64,000 nucleotides of DNA from positions 346,812 through 410,811 of the forward strand of contig JAQGDQ010000194.1 of assembly GCA_030141605.1 (NCBI GenBank), written 5' to 3'. The notes beneath the pieces are model-generated. The model ran no database searches, had not been told where the DNA came from, and worked only from the letters and a program-made list of their open reading frames with translations. The stretch is from Tubiluchus corallicola. Lineage: Eukaryota > Animalia > Priapulida. A program made the position numbers and the translations under genes. Shown here one piece after another: positions 37,421 to 49,430 of this stretch (within the stretch, counting starts at the first letter, position 1; each line of letters opens with the position of its first letter).

Positions 37421-40400
37421 ATGAGTATGGCTGAGTGTGATAAAATTAAACACTCTAGAAGTAGATCCAAGGGTTGGGTGAAGACTGGCATAAAATTACT
37501 AAAAGAGGTGGTGTCTAGTGAAACGCCTAACTTTGTGTTTGTTCAGCAAAAATTAGAGAACCTTGGAAAATATATTGCCACCTTTAATGAAACAGAAGTG
37601 CAATTAGAAGATTATTTAGAAGGTGAAGAACTTGAGCAAGCGATTATAGAGGCAAGTGAATTAATCAACACAGCGGAATTAATTTCTGCTCAGGCACTAA
37701 GTTTGCTAAAACCAGATTCAAGACCATGTAGTCCTAGTGATTTCCAGCAACATGCAAGTGATAATGATTTTGTCTTGCGACGAGTGAATAACTGTGATTT
37801 AGCACGTAGTGAAAGTGCAGCGAATTTATCAACTAATAATGTAGTCGGTACAAAAATCACCAAAGTAAAACTAACTAAATTGCAACTGCCAACTTTCAGT
37901 GGTGACCCATTGAAGTTTTGCGAATTTTGGGACATGTTCGTTGCCTCTGTGGATGCTAAACCTGTACCAGACATTCATAAACTTGTTTACTTAAAGAGCT
38001 TACTTAAAGGTGAAGCTGCTCATGTGATAGATGGCCTGCAGCGTGTAGATGGCAATTATAAAGAAGCTGTTTCTTTGTTAAAGGAGAGATTTGGTGATAA
38101 AGACGCAATCGAGATGTCATTGTTAAATAAACTGTGGCAGTTAAAGCCCATCACCGATTCGAAAAATATTGAAGCACAAGGAAATTTTGTAGATGAGCTT
38201 GAAGTTGTTATAAGAGGCCTCAGTGCAATGGGACTTAGTACAGAAGAATTAGGTAAAACCCTAAAACCTCTCTTTCTAGCAAAAATTCCATATGCTTGGC
38301 GTGTTGAATGGGAGCAAATGAGAAGGCGTGAAGATGAGACAACATGCTTTGAAAAATTTCGACAGTTCATGAAAAGTGAAGTTGATATTAGACGAAAGGC
38401 TGCTTCATACACTCGCCATAGAGAGTATGGTGAATTTAGTTGTCGTGCTGGGTATAAGAATTTAGGTGTGAGGGGCACCCTAGATTCAGTTTCTGTTCTT
38501 CAGTCTAGTGATTCGTGTGGCAACACTAAAAATGCACCTTCAGCTTCAAATAATTCCCATTGTTTATTTTGTGGTAGAGCTCAACATATGTGGCGTGATT
38601 GTGCGGCTCTTCCTACTATGACTTTGCAAGAGCGAAAACAGAAGGTTGCTGAGCAGCACCGTTGTTTTTTGTGTCTTGGTTTAAACCACTGAGCTGATAC
38701 TTGCCGTAAACCTCCATGCAAGCGATGTAGTAAACGGCATCATTATTTATTGTGCAATTCAATTACTGGCAACTCCCAGGTGAGTCCTTATGTTAAAAGA
38801 GGTTCAAATACTTCTGATGCAAGTGTTGATGTTCCATCAGTTCATTTACAGTCTTTTGGTATGAATGTTGTGTTCTTAATGACTGCGACTGCTGTTTTGG
38901 AAGGTACCAAATCGTCAATTCCTATTCGTGTTTTTATAGATCCTGGTGCCACTACCTCTCTCTTATTTTGTGTGATGTTGCAGAGCGAGCAGGCTGTGAA
39001 ATTATAGGCGAGCGTAATCTTTCGTTAGCTATTATGGGTGGACTTAGCACACCGCAACAGAAATGCCACATTGTTCGCGCTAAACTTCGAACAAATACAG
39101 GAAAAATTGTGACCTTTAATGCCACCACCCAAGATAAACTAGTGAGACCCTTTCCGACATGTTCGGAGGGTGATTGGTTAGGAGACTTAAAGGGCATGAT
39201 CCTAGGTGACCCAGAGATTCTTAGTGGCAATCCACGAGAAATTCATCTACTGGTTGGTAGTGATGTTTATCACCAAATAATGGGCTCGAAGCGTTCCATT
39301 ACTCTGCGAAACGGCCCCACAGCTGTTGATTGAATATTTGGATGGCTTTTGCATGGTCCCTGTACCGGAAAACTGAACAAATGTGATGGTGATTCAGTAA
39401 AGCTGTTCCCAAGTGATTGATGGATCTTCACCCGTGAATGATCTACAGCGATTGTGGTCCTTAGACAGCATAGACAGCCCTGCTGATGAGCTTCAGTGTA
39501 GTGATTCTTTAATATGGCAGCACTTTCGAAATAATCTGCACTTTGAAGATGGGCGATATTGTGTTAAGCTTCCATGGAAAGTGGATCATCCACCACTATT
39601 AAATAATTGAAAGTCTGCTGAAATACAAAGGTGTAAATTAGAATCTAAATTGAGCCCAGAATTGCATGTGCAATATGATTCAGAGATAAAATCTATGATT
39701 CAGTTTGGTTTTGTAAAACCAGTGTCATCTTGTGATGATTTGGTAGATGGTGCAGTATACTATTTGCCTCATCGACCTGTGATTCGTGAAGACAAGGATA
39801 CAACAAAGATTCGACCTGTTTTTAATGCAAGTGCTAAGGGTCCTAATGGTGTGTCTTTAAATACGTGTCTTGAGATTAGTCCTAATTTATTGCCTGAGAT
39901 ACCGGATATTATGTTGCAATTTCGTTCCAATCCAGTTGGTTTTTGCGGGGATTTAGAAAAAGCATTATTAATGATCGCAGTGTCTGGTGAAGATCAGAAT
40001 GTTTTGCGATTTTTGTGGCATGGTAGTGAATATAAATTTGTGAGGCTTCCATTTGGTGTATCCAGTTCTCCTTTTCTTTTGATAGCTACCATTGTTACAC
40101 ATTTAGATTTTGAAGGTAGTAATCTTTCAGCTGAGATGAAACGGCGCTACTGACAGTGAGCAAGCATTAGTGAAGATTAAGCATGCTATCAATGTGATGC
40201 AACAAGCTGGCATGAATTTGCGAAAATGGCACAGTAATGATCAACAAGTGAGAGAAACCATGCTGATAGAGAGTGAATTTGTAAAAGTTCTAGGCTTGCA
40301 CTGGAATACTAAGTTTGATACTTTAGCTGTAGCAGTACCTATGCTTGATACAAATGTAATTAATGTGACAAAGCGCTATATACTCAGTGTAACTGCATCT

Positions 40401-42810
40401 GTGTTTGACCCTTTAGGAATGGTCTGTGGCATTTTGCTAGCTGGGAAATTAATTCTCCAGGCTCTCTGGAGAAGTGGCATAGGTTGGGATGCATGTATTG
40501 ATGATGAGATATTGTTAAGGCAGTTTGATTCCTTTTGTATGCAACTTAGGCAACTGTCTGACCTTAAAATAGCACGGTACGTTAATGTAAATAGTAATTA
40601 GTCTGTACATGTGTTCACTGATGCTTCTGTTTTAGGCTATTGTGCTGTATGTTATGTACGATGTGAAACTGACTATGGTGTACAAATTTACTTTGTGCTT
40701 GCTAGAACTAGAGTTGCCCCTGTAAAGCAAATAATTTTGCCTCGCTTAGAACTTAATGCTTGTTTACTTGGTTCTAAACTTGTGAATCGCTTAGGTTTTA
40801 TGTTAGCAATGGAGAATACACAACTGTACTTTTGGACGGATTCAATGATAGCACTGCATTGGATAAATGGTGATTTATCTAAACGAGATTCTTACGTCAA
40901 ATCCAGAGTGAAGAGAATTCGTGACTTGATTCCAAAGGAGGCTTGGGGTCATGTGCCTGGTGAGCAAAATCCAGCAGACTTGGGCACGAGACCAGTGACT
41001 ATTAATCAACTTCTTTCTATGTGGCTCACAATTCGTGCTTGGTTATACCGGCCTTGTGATAAGTGGCCTGGAAAGCCAGATTTAGAGGATAATGCTGTGC
41101 ACATTGTTGATGTGAACTTTGCTTTGGAAGATTCTGACTTTAGTGTACAGAATATCATACAAGTAACTAACTTTAGCTGTTTTCGTAAATTGCGTAGAGT
41201 GACAGCCTGGGTGATACGTTTTGTATCTAACTTGAGGAAACCAGTTAGCGATAGACAGCTCGGCGATGTGATCACTGCTGATGAGTTGCATAATGCTGAG
41301 ATATTATGGTGGCTTTCTGTACAACAGATTCATTATGCAACTGATAAAAGGCATTTAATTCAGGATAAACATGTGAAAAGGGATTCGAAGCTGTATTTAC
41401 TTGATCCCCAATTAGATGAAGCTGGAATAATGAGAATTGGTGGAAGACTTGGGTGTGAAAATAAACTTCAGGTGATTCTTCCACAGCATTCATACATTGT
41501 TACTCTCTTGATTCGCTTTTATCACGAGAATCATCTCCATGCTGGCGTGAATCAAACCCTACGTGCATTACGTGAGAAGTATTGGATTGTACATGGTAGG
41601 AGATCGGTATCACGTATACTCAGTGATTGTGTTATTTGCCGGAAGATTCATGCAAGGCAATGCGACCAAGTAGCAGCCCCTCTTCCTTCTACTCGTATTA
41701 CTTTTGAAGGGGCATTTGTGGTGTCTGGCCTTGATTATGCTGGGCCTTTTCATGTTGCTAAAGATGTGAAGTTGAGACTCGATCAAAAGGTGTATCACTT
41801 TTGAAGGGGCATTTGTGGTGTCTGGCCTTGATTATGCTGGGCCTTTTCATGTTGCTAAAGATGTGAAGTTGAGACTCGATCAAAAGGTGTATGTCGCGAT
41901 TCTGACTTGTTCTACTACACGTGCTGTACATTTTGAACTGGTACATAGCCTATCAGCAGAGGATGCAGTTGACATGCTAAAGCGGTTTTTTGGTCGACGT
42001 GGCTATCCAAAGCGTATCATAAGTGATAATGCTACTACTTTCAAGAATGAATTGGTTCAAAAATTTGTAAGTGATAAAGGTATCATATGGCAATTTAATG
42101 CTCCCCGTGCTCCCTGGTGGGGTGGCTTTTTCGAGAGAATGGTCCAGTCTCTTAAAACTGTATTGAGAAAAGTGCTGGGACGTGCTTTCCTTCGTAAGGA
42201 GGAGTTTGCAACAACACTTACTGAAGTAGAAGCTTCTATTAATGCTCGTCCTCTAACTTATGTTGGTGATGAGATGTGTCTTACCACTGCTCATTTCCTT
42301 ATTGGCAGACCAATGCTAGAAACACCTTTAGAGACTCCCAGTATTTTAGACTCAAGTCATGAAGCGTTAACAGCCCGACAGAAACATCGATGTATAGTGA
42401 CAAGACAACTTGAGAAGCGCTGGCAAAAAGAATATCTACAGCTTTTACCACCTGTTCTTCCTGGGTCAGAGCGTCATCCTCCTAAAGAAGGAGATGTTGT
42501 AATTATCCGAGAGGACAATATACCCCGTCTGAAATGGCCTATGGCTGTAATTGAGAATTTGCATCCTGGACGTGATGGTGTAGTGCGAACTGTTACTGTA
42601 AAAACTTCTAATGGCAAGCTGGTTCGCCCCATACAACGTCTTCATCGTCTTGAGATTAATGTACCAAGTGATGTTAATCCTGTCCCAGGTGACGTAAGTG
42701 ATGATGGTTGTGATGAGGAGAGTGATATCCAATCTAAAGAGCATCCAGCTGATGTAGTTCAAACTCGCTCTGGAAGAATTGCGAAAAAACCCAAGAAATT
42801 GGATTTGTAG
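37421..42810 (+). pseudogene. BEL/Pao Gag-Pol polyprotein, disrupted
   Basis: KLQLPTFSGDPLKF (DUF1759), three Cys-His knuckles, IDPGAT protease, YYLPHRPV..RPVFNAS RT, FTDAS RNase H, HAG..CVIC and DYAGP/SDNA/FERM integrase. Several stops and frameshifts. Confidence 0.95.
41695..41892 (+). repeat. 97-bp tandem duplication in the integrase region
   Basis: acttttgaagggg...gatcaaaaggtgtat starts at 41700 and again at 41797; GTAT microhomology at the junctions; shifts the frame. Confidence 0.95.
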
Positions 42811-43664
42811 GTTTGTGTTTAGGTATTACAGTTATGTTGTGGTTTATAGTGAATGTCTGAATTGTAATTCTCATTTATTACAGTAGCAGATTGAGTGATG
42901 TTTCTGTATTGTTTATTGCTCTGAATGTTTTTTGTTGATAGTTGTTGTAAGGTATTTGTTTACAATTTGAAGACAGTATAGAATTTTGTATTGAATTTCA
43001 TCTTTTGTGTCTTGTGGCAAAGCTTAACTTTTGTGTATCAAGTTTGATACCCCATGTATTTAGTAACTTGATCTTAGTGCTTGCGCATGTGGTACTTTAG
43101 CAGTTGTAATTCTTTGCTGTAAGTGCAGAAGATTCATACTTCACTGTTGGTTTCAAAGCTATATTCCCATTGTAACTATTACAGTAATAACATTGAATTT
43201 GTGATAAGTTGCTGGTTGTATTTTTTGTTTCTGTTTAATATTTAAATTTGTATGTGGTTAATCCTAGATGCTTTAATCCAAAATTGCATTATTTTAAGTC
43301 ATTAATTGGCACAATGAGATTACTGAGTGTTGACTTTTACAATTGAGTATTGTAATCAAAGGTCAGATTATTATCAGTGAGTTTTACAGTTGTTCGTTTG
43401 TTCTGTGAAGTTACAATTTGAGAGCTTGTGCTTTCCTGATATGTAATTAGAAGAGCATTCTATAATTCTCGTAAGTTTAAAGTAATTTGATAACCACAGC
43501 AGTGTAATTTTGACTTTCAAGTTAATGTTATACTCTGCTGTATGACCTGTGACCTAATTTGCATTTTGTGTCATGTGACCTTTGCTGTTGGAAATTGAAT
43601 TGACCTTTGATTGACTTTCATGGTTTAATTTACTCAAAAGTAATATTTGCCCCCCCCCCGAGAA

Positions 43665-43859
43665 TGTAAAACTATGTCACGAAGATTTTGCATATTGTGT
43701 TTTTCGTTCTGGGGGTGTGCGCCATTTTTCTTGTTCCACGTGTGTGCGACATTTTTGTTTCAGTGGCAAAATTCGATTTTATTTGTGATGAACAATTTAT
43801 AGTTTTAAATAAATCTCTTTGTATCAAATAATTGAAATTTATCCGTAATTGTATTTATA
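43665..43859 (+). repeat. 3' LTR
   Basis: Near-identical to 37190-37384; preceded by a C-run and gagaa at the PPT position. Confidence 0.95.
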
Positions 43860-46800
43860 GATGCCTTATGGCTTACCGATTATAGATTACAACTTGCTCC
43901 TTGTGGCTTTTTCTGTGTGACACGGACCTAAGGTCTAACACGACACAGCTACATCTTTTCCTTTTTAAAAGTTTCCATCAATATTTTTAGGAATAGAAAT
44001 ATTAATTAGCATCGACACTACTGTCACAACATGTATGTGCATTATGCTCACACACAGTTTATATGAATTAGGGAAGCAAAAAAAAACTGTAATTTCAAAT
44101 TAGCAATGACTGTAACATTTTAACTTAATAGTAACTAACTAGTTACTTAAGATAATATCAAACTTGCAGGTTTCTTTGTAATTCTACCATTCGCTTTGCT
44201 GATTTTGTCACCGTGTTGAACCTGCTAGTCTTGCTTGTGTATCTTTTTGCTCTGATGTGTGAACTGTAATTGTAGGCGCAATAGTCTCTGGGACATCAGG
44301 TAATACAGGTTAACACACTTCATTTGTCTTCAAGAGATGTTTCCGATTGCATCAGAATTCTGTTCCACCAGATTCAGTTCAATAAGACCTGGGCTTATTG
44401 CCTGCTCTCTTTACTATTTGTATTTTGTGAAATTCTTTCTCAGTTTGTTGTGTTAACACATCATGTTCTTTAAAGCACTGCAGGCATTTTTAATGTTAAG
44501 CTCAAATCACACTTTTGTTTTCAGGTACTTCATTTTGCAATATGCTATTTATGCAAAAAATATTTCAATAATGAGCTACAGCCTATGGAAGTTTTAGCAT
44601 GGCGCCACAGGTATCTCAAGCCGCGCTATTCATTATGGCTGCATGGTTAAATTTGTGGATTTCTGATTATTTCTACTCTGTAAATGTCTCGTTGCCAAGG
44701 CTGCATTGTTCCGCTCAAAAGAATGATCAGTTTTACATTTTATGAAGGACAAAATTGCATGAGTACATTTGAGTCATATGTGCAATCGACGAGAAAAGAA
44801 CTATTCCAGGGTAGAATGATGGAGTTTACTGACTTTGGTCATTAGTGGTTTTTGTAAGTTATCTGTTAAATGAGCAATGGAGAACAAATGTAGTATTTTG
44901 ATTTCGCCCACAACTATTTAATGACTTTCACATGCTCTCAGTTTAGTTACTAATCATTTTTGACAGAACATGCATACTAACAAGTATGCTGCTACTAATG
45001 TCACCAAGTTAACAGGTTCTCTGTTAAACTGAACTGCAAAGATGTGTAGATTGTTAGGCACTAAGTAGTGACAAATAATCAAAATTATACTTAGTTAAGA
45101 ATTTTGTTGTTCAATATTGCTGACTTATAGCTTGTTAACAAGTCTTCAAAAAACAATTTTCATTTCTAACCAGCAACATGCTACATACATGAGTGAAATT
45201 TCAGGCACCCCTCTGCATTTGTAAAGCTGCTATTAGGAGAGGAGTAGAACACTAGCCAAAGCAGAACAATTGGCATACATGGGCTAGCCCAAGTAGCACA
45301 CTAGAGACAGATCAGGAATTGAGTTGTCAACCGTATTGGCAGTGTCCATTGTCATTGTTTATTTAATAATAATAATAATAATAATCAACCTATAATAATA
45401 TAACTGAAAACATCAATGCACGTTGAGTGACTTTTTATACACCTTACAAAATGAAAGAATCTTAGTCTGAGCTAGTAGAACGAACAATATTAAATTTGGC
45501 CCGAAATTAATCTTTTTGAGGTAAAATAAGCCTGCTTTTCAGGTTATTCCAACATTTGCTCAAGGTATATGATTTTTTATTTTGTCTTGCTTCACAGACA
45601 GGTGATCCGTTTCACTACCTCTCTTGGACAAATAATTCTTTTCTACTAAGCTATATGCCCTGCATGGTTTCTCTCTTTAAAGCATTAGACACTTAGTTTA
45701 ATGTTATGATGATATTAATGGAGCTAATAATAATGATGATATTATTGTCAGAAATACATTTGTAAATTGTCAAGGACTATCAATCAGTAGTATAAAATTA
45801 CTTTTTAAAACAAATTTAGTTTCATGTTTTATTATGTCATAATTCTTGATTCTCAAAAGAAATCGCCAGCACCCTACTTGGGCTGCCGATGTACGACACT
45901 GCTTTTCCACAAATTTGGTACATGCGCTTCAGCGGAAGTGTCCTACGTCGGCTAGTGGCGTACTCCTCACCCTATAACTGCCACTGCTGTCTGGTTCGAC
46001 AGAAAAAACTCAAACTAATTTTTTGCCGTTTCTATGGCATTGAATAGGACTGATGGGACAATCACATGTGATAAAATCGATACAGTTGTATAAAAGCCCT
46101 ACCATCCTAAATAAAGCAGGCCTGGGAAATTGTAGGCTCACATAAGTACAGTATAGCTTTATCTGAAATGTTTCTGTGAGTTACAATACTATAACAATTA
46201 TTATAATTGCAAAATATGCTCAAAGATTGAAAAAAACTAGTAATTCAGTACTTCCAGCATAGGTTAAATATAATTTTAATGAAATTTCGCCATAATGGTC
46301 AATATTAACTTTATTGCTCTACTGGTATTAACTAAGATAGCTGCTAATTAAGCTATCGTAACAACACTACTTACTCTTAGATCACAGATTTGAGTCATGG
46401 GAGTGCATGTCACCCTTATGTATTGTTCATCAGCCTAATGGAACACCACACAAGACTGCATTCATAGTTTCCAAACAGCTATAGTTTAATGAGTAAATTA
46501 ATTTTTCCCTACTTGATTTATTTCAAGTTTATCTTTGGTCGTGTAGTCTGGCATAGTTTGAGTAAATTCAGCAAGAAAAATTCTGTTACAGTAGCCTTTT
46601 TACACGCATCAATTATTGAATGCACTAGAGATACCAGTAACGTCCTTCTGAAGCTAATACAGTTTGTTGGTGCTTGTGCAGTTTTTCATATGCTTTTTTA
46701 ATATAAAATGGCTGTCGGCAATATTTAAACTACATTTTGACACCCAAGCATATTTTGGCTTTATGATTTTAAATTGTTGCCTTAATAATTTTCTGGTTCA

Positions 46801-46929
46801 ACTGCGGCTGGTTTCAAAAAGTTCTTTGTTGTTAGAAGTACAGTTCTGGTCTTCCTTGAAAGTAACTTTTCAGCTGATGATCCAACGTTATCATCATTGT
46901 TGAGTAAATTCAAGTATAAGTCCGTACCA

Positions 46930-47960
46930 TCTCGCCTTGTTGATTCAAGCTGTTTCTTAGCACTTTAAACCACACACTCAGCTAAGCCATTAGCCTAAGA
47001 GAAATGAGGACTACTAGTGACATGTTCAAGGCCCCACTTTAAAGCAAAAGACTCAAACTTGCGACTCATATGCTGTCTTGCATTATCAGTCATCACTTTT
47101 TCAACAATGCCATTGACTGAGAAGTATCACCTTTTTTATCACAGTTTTATTAAGTGACATCTCTGAGCGTATTAATTTCAAACCATCCAGAATAGGCATC
47201 CGCAGCGACAAGGTAGTCTAGCCCATTCGAACAAAATAAATCAGACAAGAAAATATGCACGAATTTCAGGTTTCACTTAAGTTATCTGATCATCCACGGT
47301 TTATGATTTCTGTTAGTGACTATATGATTGTGTCACCAAATATTGCATGCTTCAACCATTTACCTCTTTTCTGAGAAACTGGAAGAACAATCACAATATC
47401 ATAGTAATGAGCATCTTCATGGTCTTCACTATCCAGATTTACCTTTCTTATACAGCAAAAGCTAATATTATAGTGCTGAGACATGATGAGTATTTTCTGC
47501 AATCTGACTTGTGCCACATGAAGAGTTTTTTTTTAAATACTGATCAGTGGCCAATTATCTGTCTGAACGACTACATCTAGTTCGGCATAGATATAATCAT
47601 AATACCTCTGACAAGCAAACAGCACTACTAAAAGCTCTTTTTCTATTTGTGCAAAGCGAGTCTCAAGTGATGTGACAGCATAAGTACGGTTGGTATTCTT
47701 GAATATACACTGCACCAAAACAATCTTTGAAAGCATCGCAAGATAACATTACAGCTTTATTCACATCATAGAAACGAAGAACCGGTGGTTCTCTAATCTT
47801 CTGTTTAAGAGTTTCAAAAGCCTTTTTGTGCACATCTAACCAACACCATTCTGTTATTGGATCTGTTATTTGACTATGGCCTTTTATGAAATTGGATAAG
47901 TAGTTGATCATGCCAAGAAATCTTTGCAAAGCTTTAGGATTAGTTGGCCTGGCATAGTGC
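46930..47960 (-). mobile_element. Ty3/Gypsy pol remnant (RT thumb, RNase H, integrase)
   Basis: PTNPKALQRFLGMINYL, VMLSCDAF, ETRFAQIEKELLVVLFAC..VQTDNWPL, DYLVAADAYSGWFE, HVTSSPHFS.ANGLAE. Confidence 0.9.
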
Positions 47961-48205
47961 TCGCAATACCTTATCAAAAGCAAACTTACACTCGTCTAAA
48001 CTTAATTTTCTATCCATTTAAATACACGCACGTATGCACGCACGCACGCACACACACACGCACACACGTTACATGTAAATATGCTACAAACGTATATATT
48101 CATCTCAAAGGAGTTAGCTCCAACCTAGAGAAAAACTGTTTTACTTTCATTTATGAAGTCTGCACATTTTTTTAAAATTAGTACTACATATTTAAAAACT
48201 CAAAC

Positions 48206-48424
48206 CTGCATCACAATCAATTCTTTCAATAAAATCCATTCTCCTAGTTCCTGGTATTTCATAACCAAGTGCATTAACGCACCATTGCTGATTTTGATTT
48301 GTTTGCTTTGGCATGTATTCACCAGTATCGCCCCCATTATCCATACATTGTGGAAGATAAGAACCATGTGGTCTTCTTCGCTTTGGCCATTGTAGCATAA
48401 TATTTTCTCTGTCAACTTCACAAA
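48206..48424 (-). CDS. Exon 2: thyroglobulin type-1 domain (4-Cys form), module 1
   Basis: attctag|TT...GATGCAG|gtttga; 219 nt, phase 1 to 1; CEVDRE...GSYLPQCMDNG..GEYMPKQ...QWCVNALGYEIPGTR...IDCD. Confidence 0.92.
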
Positions 48425-48773
48425 CTAGAATAAAAGATAAAACAATAAAGTAACATGTATCTTATGAGCTATATATGTGCTAGACTTTCTCCCCATTTCT
48501 TTTCAGTAGTTTCTATTATTTGATAAAGGTGTATCATTATTTTTGCAATGTCTGGACGTGATTATTCTAAGTTTCGTGATTTGATGAAGAAAAACAAATT
48601 TTAATTCAATTCAGTTCAACAGAATGTTAGAAAGACAGGTTATTGTTATGCTACAATTGACAGAAAACACAAAAGTTCTAGATAAGCTTTATGGGAATTT
48701 AGTTTTTTGCATACTACACTAAAATAAAGGATTCTTGCCCAGTCAGAGATCACCCTGTATAAAATATATGATC

Positions 48774-49299
48774 CAGTAAGGCACAATGAAAACTTTTTTC
48801 ACAATTCTTTTTGGTACTCCACCCATTATATAGGCTTATGAAAAGATGCTCCCCTGCAATTTTTAGCTTTATTGGATATTGGGAACACATGTCTCAATCA
48901 GTTAAGTGTTTACATTCTTGGCTATTATGAAGCAACATTGTATATCCAAAAAATGAACAGTTTTTGGACAATTCTTTTATAACTTTGCCAATCTGAAGCG
49001 TTCACATGCCACTATGTGCAGGCACATGTTCCCAAGATTAAAGAAAGCCAAAATTTTACAGAAGAACATTTCCTTGTGAATTCTTTGGATGGGCAAAACA
49101 ATTTTCCAAAAATTGTTCATTTTTGCGAAACACAATGACTCCACAATATGCCAAGTACGTGAGCAAGCTAACAGAGATACGTGTTCCCAATATCCAATGA
49201 AGCTAAACGTTTGCAGGTGAACATATTTTCACAAGCCTCCACAGTGGGCAGAATTCCAAAAAGACTGCTGAATATAGATTTTTACTGCATACTGTACTG
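48774..49299. mobile_element. Foldback MITE with long imperfect inverted arms
   Basis: For example ttagctttattggatattgggaacacatgtctc (~48863) vs gagatacgtgttcccaatatccaatgaagctaa (~49174). Arms are about 200 bp; ends approximate. Confidence 0.6.
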
Positions 49300-49329
49300 C
49301 ATAATCCCTGTTGATCAATTTTTAGTAGC

Positions 49330-49430
49330 TACAGAGTAAATTTCTAGGTCAGAAAGGTAGTGTCTCCGCAGCAAAATGCAGTAGACTTGGGTTCGAATCC
49401 CAGTGGAGGGCAAAACTTTGTTTCGGATTT
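49330..49430 (+). mobile_element. tRNA-derived SINE-like fragment
   Basis: T-arm/B-box ttggGTTCGAATCCcag at 49387-49403; no complete cloverleaf. Confidence 0.45.

Larger units (their letters stand above)
37190..43859 (+). mobile_element. Full-length but defective BEL/Pao LTR retrotransposon
   Basis: 195-bp LTRs at 37190-37384 and 43665-43859 (4 substitutions counted); 5-bp TSD GACGC/GATGC; PBS-like TGGTGCCAAACTGCCGGG right after the 5' LTR; Gag-PR-RT-RH-IN order. Confidence 0.97.

Noticed and set aside
37690-42762. Minus-strand ORFs inside the BEL element
   Set aside because: Antisense shadows of the polyprotein frame with no motifs.
42811-43664. env-like gene in the long 3' region of the BEL element
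   Set aside because: T-rich sequence with no ORF of 60 aa or more and no recognisable motif.
49330-49430. Functional tRNA gene
   Set aside because: Only the T-arm/B-box is good; acceptor and anticodon stems cannot be formed convincingly.
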